Positions 56,228 through 64,000 of a stretch of DNA of 64,000 bases are shown in pieces (position 1 is the stretch's first letter; each line of letters begins with the position of its first letter). The stretch lies in assembly GCA_020348985.1 (NCBI GenBank), contig CP070761.1, positions 2,800,021 through 2,864,020 on the forward strand. The letters are read 5' to 3'. A program made the translations under genes and the position numbers. Origin of the DNA: Candidatus Thorarchaeota archaeon (GTDB taxonomy: Archaea; Asgardarchaeota; Thorarchaeia; Thorarchaeales; Thorarchaeaceae). Below the pieces are notes generated by a model. The model was not told where the DNA came from. It saw only the letters and a list, made by a program, of their open reading frames with translations, and did not search any database.

Positions 56228-59200
56228 ATGCAAAGACAGGAGAGGAGACGAATGAAGCCACAGAGACTGGCAGCAGCACTAATTATGCTCTTATTTCTCA
56301 CCAGTCCGTTTCAGTTCGTCAGTCCTGTTGGTGCTCGTGAAGTTCTAGAAGAGGACCACCTGTCCAAGATTGATGATGGATTACTGAATATGACGGACTC
56401 ATCCGAAGCTGTCGACGTCTTGGTTAAGTATGATTCAGAGGCTGGCGATTTCAAGGCAAAGAATGCTCTTGCATTGGCTGATGAATCAGCTGAGTTCTTG
56501 GAGACTTTCGAAGAACTCTGCATGATACGTGCAAAGATGTCAGCCGATGCTCTGGTAGAGGCCACCAAGAGTGATGTCATCAAGAGGGTATGGCTCAACA
56601 AGGTCAGCACAATCCCACAAGTGCCAACGACTCACCGAGTTGTTGCGGAAGAGGAATACGCGTCACCTGTGGACACGACAGGTGCTAGAGAACTGTGGGA
56701 GCAAGGTTTCAATGGCACAGGCATAATCATTGCAGTCCTTGACACGGGCGTAGATTCATCGCATCCAGATCTGGATGACTTTGATGATGACGCAAACACT
56801 ACCGACACGAAGGTCCCGGTCTATGCCTCTTTCGTGGAGGCCGATTCTCTGCCTACTGACTCTTCAGGACACGGGACATTTGTTGCTTCTGTCACTGCTG
56901 GAACTGGAAACGCTTCAAGCGGGCTCTACGCTGGAATGGCACCTGGTGCTACGATTATCTCGGCGAAGGTAACATTAGGAGGATTGCTTGCACTTTCAAG
57001 CTGGATTGTATCAGGTATAGAGTGGGCAAGTAGCAACGGCGCAGACATCATTCTCATTCCTTTCAATTCAATCCTATCCGTCGGAGATGCAGTTGATGAT
57101 GCAGTGAGAACCGCCACGGAAAAGGGAATTCTAGTTGTTGCTGCAGCAGGTGACGATGGTCCTGACTACCTCTCAATCATGTCTCCCGGAGGTTCTGCGG
57201 AGTCGTTCACTGTAGGAGCCTATGATGTTGCGCGTCAAGAAGTTCCCGACTTCTCAGGAAGGGGACCCTCAATAAGCATGACAACAAAGCCTGATGTTGT
57301 TGCGCCAGGAGTAGGAATCATCGGCGCGAAATCAACAGGCGGTCTCGGAGGTCTGCTGGGAGGCTTAGGCGGTGCTGGAGTTGATGGTGGCACTGTTGAC
57401 ACAGGAGGGCTTGGGAGCTTGACAGGACTCTTCGGATCAGACTTCGGTGAGAGCGTGGATGAGAACTATACAATAGCTGACACAACTGCTGCGTCAGCAG
57501 CGATAACAGCCGGGGCCGCAGCGATTCTTATGCAAGCATTTGACCGAGCCGACCCTATAGTGTTGTCAAACGTGATGAGAGATACGGCAACAAGTCTGGA
57601 GTATGGGGCAAACGATGCCGGAGCTGGACTTCTGAATCTTAGGGCTGCTTTTGATTATCTGAGAATCAGACAACTGCCAGGGGAGCCAGTCAATCGGACA
57701 ACAGGGATGGCACTGATAGCCTTGGGATTCCTTCAGGCTGCCGCGGTCGATGTGTCCTCTATAATGATGATGAGCTCTTTCGGGACGTCGATAGTTGTCC
57801 TAGACCAGCGTGGTGAGTCTGACATGAACGTTCACCTCTTGATGGGAATGTTCTCACTTCGCTGGAACAACATGGGCCCGACGAACTTGATGTTTTTTGA
57901 AGTCAAACGAGAACTTCATGCGATAACAATGGCCACTTCCGCGGAAGACAACTACAACCGATGGATTGGCGTCCTTTCGTACGATGATGAAGTATATGTG
58001 ACGCTTCTAGTTGAATCATATAACCTGACTGAGACTGTGCCAGACCCAGTTGTAGGCTTCAGGGTTACGCCGTTCATTCTAAACATAGGAGACCACCCAA
58101 TTCATAATGTTAGCCTGTTCTTGTCATATTCATTGGACCTGTTCTCAGATGGCGAGTCTGACCACGGAAAATACGACTTGAAGGACGAACAGCTCTTTGC
58201 GTACGGGATTTCAGAAGATTTCGGTGATTTCTACTTTGGTCTCAACTCAAGCAGATCCTTGGCAGATTTCGAGGTAGGCAATTCCTCGGATATATCGTCG
58301 CATGTCTCGGACGACAACTTGACAGGATCCACTACATTCGATGGCGAAGTGGGACTGGCGATGAAATGGGAATTTGGAATTGTGGACCCATTTGCTCCAG
58401 TTAATGTGACAATCACGATGGGTATGGCCGAGAACAGAACCCTACTTGACAAGTCAATAGAGACCCTGTGGGAACTTGAGCCCTCAAGCTACTTCACAGA
58501 GACGGGAGACTTCATCGTAGTGGAGGCAGACATTCCCAGACTCTCTAGTGTTGGTGAGACCTATGTTTCGCAGGCAATTATAATGAACGTAGGCGAAAAC
58601 ACCTCCCAGGCAATAGCAGCAATGGCGAACCTACGAGGAGAGGATGACACAGGTGCCGTATATGCCCAATACTTTACTTTCGACGAGATAGAGCCTTTCA
58701 ATGCGAGGGTGCTAACTGGCGAATGGAGTCCAGTTGAGGAGGGTCTTTTCACTGTCGCATGGGTTGTCTCTGTAGGACTGCCATTCCTGGCAAGTCTATT
58801 ATCTTCCACGGGTCTCATTACGGGAGACATTACTGGCCTTCTGTCGAACATCTTGCCGATACTGGACGATTTCATTCTTAGAGATGCTTTCGTAAAAACC
58901 CCGATAGCATCGGTTTCCGCATTCCCGTCAGTCCTGCCGTATGCGCCGTTCGATATTAGATTTCCCGCCGATTTTGGCATCTATACTATCACCGTGTTCT
59001 CAAACATTGGACTAGGGAATCTGACAGTGGAGAAGCATGGAAACGCAAGCGATTGGGGCAATGTGACGTTAACAAAGAGTGACAATGCTAAGGGTTTCTA
59101 CAATATGTCGTTGTTCTTGCTGGCTCCGCCAATAATGATGGATGGGCTACACACTTGTGACTACGTTGTTGAGACAGAGTATGGATGGACCACCAACATT

Positions 59201-60670
59201 ACTTTCGAACGCGTCATCGAATATCCACGTGCGATGCTGCTTTTTGATACCTCTCATGGCGGCGGATTTGGAGGACTAGGATTTGATGTCGAAGTCGGAG
59301 GCTTGGATCTTGGAGGCGAAGTCGGGAATGATACTGACTTCCTGCCTAGTTTTCAGTTAGCGCAAGACGAAGGAGGCACCGGTGACGCACTCGGTGGCTT
59401 CGACTTGGGGGGAATGGGTGACCTAGGATCTTTTGACGCGCTGTTTGAATCCCTCAGGATGACAACTTTCTCAGGACTTTCCAATCTCAAGAAGTCCATG
59501 GCGGCCAAGGGTCTTGATTTGGTAGAAACGCCTGGTATGCCATTGAGTGCTGATCTCTTGATTCAATTCTCAGCAATCATTATGTTCAATCCAACTGAGG
59601 AATTCAATTCTACTGACCGCGAAATCATTGCCAACTTCACATCAAGTGGCGGCAAGCTCATCATTTTTGGTGACGATGAAGATAGAGCGAACTTCACTGT
59701 GCTCAACAGTCTACTGAGCATGTACGGATACGAGATGCGAGGTTCACACACTGTTGAAAACACAACGGAAATCATCGTGGACTCGGCACTGGGCGCCGAT
59801 GTGGAGTGTATGTGGCTTGGTGGAGGGACATACATCATGAATAACCAGTCTCTTGCTGCTGTCACATTGGGAGGAAATCCCGTTGTTTTGATGGACAATT
59901 CCCCACCAGAGATCGTGCTGTTTGGCTCATCGAGGATATTCCTAAACGACAACCTGAGGAAATGCAACAACAGCATCCTGCTCAGAAATCTGGAGGAATA
60001 CTTGCTGCTGAATACAATCACGGCAGAGACTAGCTTGTCCGAGGACACAACACGATACGAGGCTGGACGCAGTGTATTCGTCAACTTGGAATTGACCGAC
60101 TACAGAGGCGAACCAGTCAACGACCTTTTCGTCGCCATCGCCTATGAGCTGCCTAACGATTCACTGGCCTTCTTCTTCGCCGGGTTTGTTGAGGACGGTT
60201 TGTACTCATCTCAGTTTGCACCCAGCTATTGGTCAAGTTCGGGCAGAATCAACGGCATCTTCATCATCATAGCTGAGGAGTATGCGAATCGATTCGCAGG
60301 AATAAGTTTTGAGCTTTATGAGCCAGATCCCCCGCTGCCGCCAGAGGAACCTGATGTGGTTCTCACAATGGCCCAGATAGCAATGATTTCTTCAGTAGGA
60401 ATCTTCTCTTCTCTTATCATTGCCCTCATCGTCAATCGACGGAGAAAGGAGCGAAGGTATCGCATCGTCGAAGTGACAGAACAGCTGACCATTGACATAG
60501 ACAACTCATTGAATACACTCCTTGCTGCATTGGTCCAGATACAAGAATTAATCCAACGTGAGGACATTGACCGAGTTGAGAAGATTGAGATGCTTAGAGG
60601 GCTAATGACTGGACTAGTTCGGGCCCAAGAGATGTTCGAACGTATTAGCGATAAGATAGGAGGCGTATGA
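56228..60670 (+). CDS. Large membrane-anchored S8 subtilase-like protein (site-1-protease-like architecture), catalytic Ser absent
   Basis: Signal peptide, prodomain, VLDTG, SGHGT, AAGDD, FSGRGP, KPDVVAPG; ADTTAASAA at the GTSMA position; LLFDTSH domain; C-terminal TM and cytosolic tail. Confidence 0.85.
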   Translation: MQRQERRRMKPQRLAAALIMLLFLTSPFQFVSPVGAREVLEEDHLSKIDDGLLNMTDSSEAVDVLVKYDSEAGDFKAKNALALADESAEFLETFEELCMIRAKMSADALVEATKSDVIKRVWLNKVSTIPQVPTTHRVVAEEEYASPVDTTGARELWEQGFNGTGIIIAVLDTGVDSSHPDLDDFDDDANTTDTKVPVYASFVEADSLPTDSSGHGTFVASVTAGTGNASSGLYAGMAPGATIISAKVTLGGLLALSSWIVSGIEWASSNGADIILIPFNSILSVGDAVDDAVRTATEKGILVVAAAGDDGPDYLSIMSPGGSAESFTVGAYDVARQEVPDFSGRGPSISMTTKPDVVAPGVGIIGAKSTGGLGGLLGGLGGAGVDGGTVDTGGLGSLTGLFGSDFGESVDENYTIADTTAASAAITAGAAAILMQAFDRADPIVLSNVMRDTATSLEYGANDAGAGLLNLRAAFDYLRIRQLPGEPVNRTTGMALIALGFLQAAAVDVSSIMMMSSFGTSIVVLDQRGESDMNVHLLMGMFSLRWNNMGPTNLMFFEVKRELHAITMATSAEDNYNRWIGVLSYDDEVYVTLLVESYNLTETVPDPVVGFRVTPFILNIGDHPIHNVSLFLSYSLDLFSDGESDHGKYDLKDEQLFAYGISEDFGDFYFGLNSSRSLADFEVGNSSDISSHVSDDNLTGSTTFDGEVGLAMKWEFGIVDPFAPVNVTITMGMAENRTLLDKSIETLWELEPSSYFTETGDFIVVEADIPRLSSVGETYVSQAIIMNVGENTSQAIAAMANLRGEDDTGAVYAQYFTFDEIEPFNARVLTGEWSPVEEGLFTVAWVVSVGLPFLASLLSSTGLITGDITGLLSNILPILDDFILRDAFVKTPIASVSAFPSVLPYAPFDIRFPADFGIYTITVFSNIGLGNLTVEKHGNASDWGNVTLTKSDNAKGFYNMSLFLLAPPIMMDGLHTCDYVVETEYGWTTNITFERVIEYPRAMLLFDTSHGGGFGGLGFDVEVGGLDLGGEVGNDTDFLPSFQLAQDEGGTGDALGGFDLGGMGDLGSFDALFESLRMTTFSGLSNLKKSMAAKGLDLVETPGMPLSADLLIQFSAIIMFNPTEEFNSTDREIIANFTSSGGKLIIFGDDEDRANFTVLNSLLSMYGYEMRGSHTVENTTEIIVDSALGADVECMWLGGGTYIMNNQSLAAVTLGGNPVVLMDNSPPEIVLFGSSRIFLNDNLRKCNNSILLRNLEEYLLLNTITAETSLSEDTTRYEAGRSVFVNLELTDYRGEPVNDLFVAIAYELPNDSLAFFFAGFVEDGLYSSQFAPSYWSSSGRINGIFIIIAEEYANRFAGISFELYEPDPPLPPEEPDVVLTMAQIAMISSVGIFSSLIIALIVNRRRKERRYRIVEVTEQLTIDIDNSLNTLLAALVQIQELIQREDIDRVEKIEMLRGLMTGLVRAQEMFERISDKIGGV

Positions 60671-60671
60671 T

Positions 60672-61652
60672 GTGAGTAGTCCTGAGGAAAAGGAAATCGA
60701 CATCATAGACCTCAAGGTAGCTTTTGGCAAGTTCTACGCCTTGAAAGGTGTCTCCTTCTTCGCTAACAAGCGAGAGTTCCTGGGCATAGTCGGGGCTTCT
60801 GGCGCAGGAAAGACAACAGTTCTCAGAGTGCTTACCGGTCAGATTCGCCCGACAGACGGCCAAGCGTTTGTCGGCGGATATGACGTAACAAAGAAGAGGA
60901 ACCTCATCAGCTTGCTGGTTGGATATGTCCCGCAGCTAGAGCATCTTAGTCTCTACTACGACTTCTCAGCAATAGAAAACGCTCAGTTCTTCGGCAGAAA
61001 CTTTGGACTGAGGCCGAAAGAGATTGAAGAGCGAGCAAGGAACATTCTCACAATCCTCGGTTTTGACGAGGACCTCAAAACAAAGCACGTGAAGAAGCTG
61101 TCAGGTGGAGAAAGGAAGAGGGTCTCAATCTGCCTAGGAATGATACACGACCCTCCAGTCCTACTTCTGGACGAGCCCACGACTGGATTGGACGCACATT
61201 TACGTCATGAGACCCTGAACTACCTCAAGCAGCTCAACTTCGAGTTGGGCACTACTATGGTTATTATCAGTCACGATCTCGAAATCGTTGACTATTGTAC
61301 AAGAGTAACACTCCTTGAACACGGGAATGTTAGTCAGTTCGGGACACCCGAGGAGCTCATAGCTTCACTGCCAGGAGAAGGGGAGAGCCTAAGGGTTGTG
61401 CTCAAGAGTATGTCCCCGACGTTCCTAGAACGTTTGGCACACATTCCTGGAGTCAAGTACATGGCTCGTGCGGGGCGGAATGCTGTCAAATTGTTTCTGC
61501 CAAGCCCTCACGAGAGAATCGTTTCTGTTGTTGAATCACTCAATGTTTTGAATATACCATTTGAAGAGGTGAGCCTCGTGGAGGCGGACTTCTTCGATTA
61601 CTTTCAGGTCAAGCCGTGGAAGGTCAATGAAATCGGAGGAGATGACCAGTGA
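60672..61652 (+). CDS. ABC ATP-binding protein
   Basis: GASGAGKT, YVPQ, LSGGERKR, LDEPTTGLD, ISHD. Confidence 0.92.
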   Translation: MSSPEEKEIDIIDLKVAFGKFYALKGVSFFANKREFLGIVGASGAGKTTVLRVLTGQIRPTDGQAFVGGYDVTKKRNLISLLVGYVPQLEHLSLYYDFSAIENAQFFGRNFGLRPKEIEERARNILTILGFDEDLKTKHVKKLSGGERKRVSICLGMIHDPPVLLLDEPTTGLDAHLRHETLNYLKQLNFELGTTMVIISHDLEIVDYCTRVTLLEHGNVSQFGTPEELIASLPGEGESLRVVLKSMSPTFLERLAHIPGVKYMARAGRNAVKLFLPSPHERIVSVVESLNVLNIPFEEVSLVEADFFDYFQVKPWKVNEIGGDDQ

Positions 61653-64000
61653 AATCATACCAGTTTGGCATTGTGTTGTTGATTGCCTTGGCATTAATGG
61701 GGATGCAGACCCCCGTAGGAGAACATACTCCCTATAGCTCTCCATTGGAGATAGGTGAACCAGGCTTCTATATGGCCGACCTTGCTCCGTTCCGAACAGC
61801 AATCGTATGGTCAAACATCACCGATTCAGCAATAGTTGATCTCGTTGTTGGCGATCTTGATGCCGATATCAGACACGAGGTTGCTGTCGTCACACAGAAC
61901 GGCACTTTGTGCCTCTTTGATGACAACAACACCAAACTATGGCAGACGGAACTCGGAGCAACACCACTTGATCTAGAACTGATGCGGGCCGATTCCATAG
62001 CGGGTATGGAAATCATCGTGGGAACTGCTGAAGGTATTCTTGTTTACGCAGCCAACGGTACTCTTCTTGCCAATATCTCCTTGGCAGACACAGCCAATTT
62101 GGTTGTAGCTGCAGACCTTGACGGGGACACTTTCGATGAGATTGTGGCGGGATGCGAGGATGATCTTGTCTACGCCTACAATCTCTCGGGTGCTCAACTC
62201 TGGAATCACACTAGCAACGGACCGATTGTCGCTCTTGCTGCGGCTGACGTCGATATTGATAGCAATGACGAGATAATTGCTGGCTCGTCTGCAGGAAGAT
62301 TCTCGGTGCTGGAAAGCAATGGGGCCATGATGTTTGAGAAAACTTCAACCTACGCGATTCGGGAAGTGGGCTACGGAGACTTCGAAGGGACAGCGGCACT
62401 GGAGGTTTTGTACGGAGATTCGAGCGGAAGAGTGGCTGCGTTCTGGCTTAACACCACACAGATGTTCTCATTCATTCTCGATGATGGTATCTCCTCCATG
62501 GTGGTGGGTGACTTTGAGTCAGATGGATCACCCGAGCTTGTTGCAGGAACGGACGGGAGTGAACTTCGAGTCTACAATTCGACTGCAGGGCTGCTTTGGA
62601 ACGAGTCCCTTACGGGCGCAGTTGTGAGTTTAGACCTGCTGAACATAAATGGTGCCGCTGAACTGCAGGTGCTTGCAGGGGTTGATGGCGGACCACTGAC
62701 CCTCTTCAATTCCACCGGGTACCAAATCTCCGAGACCGAAGCATTTCTCTTTTCGGGTACGACAGGCGTAGGTGACTTTGATCTCGATTTCAATACGAAT
62801 GACGAGTTTGTAGCTGGGTCGGACAACGGACAGTTCTTTGTTTACGGTCTCGACCAAGATGGGGACGGACTTGCAGACGCGCGCGAGAATGTGATTGAAG
62901 GAACACGGGTTGACCATCCCGATAGCGATGGAGATTCGTTGAGTGATGGAGATGAGGTACTGGTCTATGATACGAATCCTTTGAGTCGTGACTCGGACTC
63001 TGACAAGCTTAGCGATTTTGCCGAAGTGATTACTCACGGCACGGATCCAAACGACCCCGATAGTGACTCGGACCTTCTGACGGACTGGCAAGAAATCTAC
63101 CTCGGGACCAATCCAAATCAAGCAGATTCGGACCTAGACTTGCTGGACGACTATGAAGAGAACAACATCACGATGACTGATCCTACCGAGGTCGATACTG
63201 ATGAAGATGGTACGAATGATGCCCAAGATGATAATGACGGTGATGGATTAACAAACATCCAAGAGGTCCGTCAGACTGAAACAGATCCTAATGATGTCGA
63301 CACTGACAACGATATGATATCAGACTACTATGACGATGAGGACAGTGACAACCTCGCCAATTGGAAGGAAATCTCCGTGGGCGCGGACCCGTTGGATCCA
63401 GATTCTGACAACGATCTGCTACTCGATGGAGCTGAAGTCAAGATTTGGAAGAGCAGCCCCACGAATCCTGACACAGATGGAGACAATTTGAATGACTGGG
63501 AAGAGGTAACAATCGTCCACTCAAGCCCAATCCTTAGTGATACTGACGACGATGGTCTCAATGACTATGATGAGTATGTCGAGCACGGCACAAACGCCAC
63601 GAATGCTGACACAGATTCAGATGGTCTCGATGATAACGAGGAGATTAACGTTTACTTCACTAATGCAACAAACAGCGACTCGGACGGCGATGGCCTCAGT
63701 GACGGGTTAGAAGTCAATACTTGGGAAACTGATCCCAACTCAAATGATACCGACCTCGATGGACTGTCTGACTATGTTGAAGCTATGACCCACGGTACAG
63801 ACCCTACTTTGAGTGACACGGACAAGGACGGTCTTGACGATGGCGTAGAGATTCTAACTTGGGGTACAAATGCCACAGCAGTGGACACTGACCTAGACGG
63901 CATTCGTGACAAGGATGAAGTGAATCTGTATCCTACATTCAATGCTACTAATGCGTACACTTTCAATAATACCATAAACGATTACAACTGGGACTTCGAT
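61649..64000 (+). CDS. Secreted FG-GAP beta-propeller + TSP3-like Ca-binding repeat protein (runs off window end)
   Basis: Not in the ORF track. Manual translation from GTG 61649 gives MKSYQFGIVLLIALALMG..., blades such as ADLDGDTFDEIVAG, then repeats such as DSDGDGLSDGLEV..T.P. No stop found before 64000. Confidence 0.88.
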   Translation, partial: MKSYQFGIVLLIALALMGMQTPVGEHTPYSSPLEIGEPGFYMADLAPFRTAIVWSNITDSAIVDLVVGDLDADIRHEVAVVTQNGTLCLFDDNNTKLWQTELGATPLDLELMRADSIAGMEIIVGTAEGILVYAANGTLLANISLADTANLVVAADLDGDTFDEIVAGCEDDLVYAYNLSGAQLWNHTSNGPIVALAAADVDIDSNDEIIAGSSAGRFSVLESNGAMMFEKTSTYAIREVGYGDFEGTAALEVLYGDSSGRVAAFWLNTTQMFSFILDDGISSMVVGDFESDGSPELVAGTDGSELRVYNSTAGLLWNESLTGAVVSLDLLNINGAAELQVLAGVDGGPLTLFNSTGYQISETEAFLFSGTTGVGDFDLDFNTNDEFVAGSDNGQFFVYGLDQDGDGLADARENVIEGTRVDHPDSDGDSLSDGDEVLVYDTNPLSRDSDSDKLSDFAEVITHGTDPNDPDSDSDLLTDWQEIYLGTNPNQADSDLDLLDDYEENNITMTDPTEVDTDEDGTNDAQDDNDGDGLTNIQEVRQTETDPNDVDTDNDMISDYYDDEDSDNLANWKEISVGADPLDPDSDNDLLLDGAEVKIWKSSPTNPDTDGDNLNDWEEVTIVHSSPILSDTDDDGLNDYDEYVEHGTNATNADTDSDGLDDNEEINVYFTNATNSDSDGDGLSDGLEVNTWETDPNSNDTDLDGLSDYVEAMTHGTDPTLSDTDKDGLDDGVEILTWGTNATAVDTDLDGIRDKDEVNLYPTFNATNAYTFNNTINDYNWDFD
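62850..63925 (+). repeat. Tandem D[ST]DxDGLxDxxE...TxP protein repeats (about 23 aa period)
   Basis: More than a dozen degenerate copies are visible in the translation of the terminal ORF. Confidence 0.8.

Noticed and set aside
61768-63975. Several short minus-strand ORFs and a possible DNA repeat or CRISPR array
   Set aside because: They are antisense shadows of the long plus-strand ORF. The periodicity is degenerate protein-level TSP3-like repeats, not identical DNA repeats with spacers.

Overview
Gene-dense archaeal window, most likely from an Asgard archaeon (Thorarchaeota-like). This is inferred from two gelsolin-domain proteins, two Rab-like GTPases, a longin-domain protein, a Vps62-like protein, NosD-type surface proteins and archaeal POR/IOR operons. 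No rRNA, tRNA, CRISPR array or transposase was recognised. Housekeeping genes include iorAB, porGDAB, galT-galK-GH38, nadB, a PLP-dependent Cys/Met lyase and two ABC systems. The strongest candidate for an undescribed system is the operon at 36028-38495. It has an ArsR with a CVCxxxC site, a single protein fusing a class I SAM methyltransferase to a complete HgcA-type corrinoid/membrane protein (cap helix NVWCAARG instead of NVWCAAGK), and an HgcB-type 2[4Fe-4S] ferredoxin ending in CCG. An unannotated 44-aa four-Cys ORF and an operator-like inverted repeat lie upstream. Other notable items are an AcpS-FkbH-ACP module flanked by three left-handed beta-helix acyltransferases (two apparently starting at CTG), a cytoplasmic 7-bladed propeller + Ig-like + Rab GTPase fusion, and a site-1-protease-like S8 protein lacking its catalytic Ser inside an ABC/TSP3 surface-protein operon. 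A divergent RtcB-like gene coupled to an HD hydrolase and a longin fused to a degenerate nuclease-like fold are also present. All family calls come from reading motifs by eye; no searches were run.
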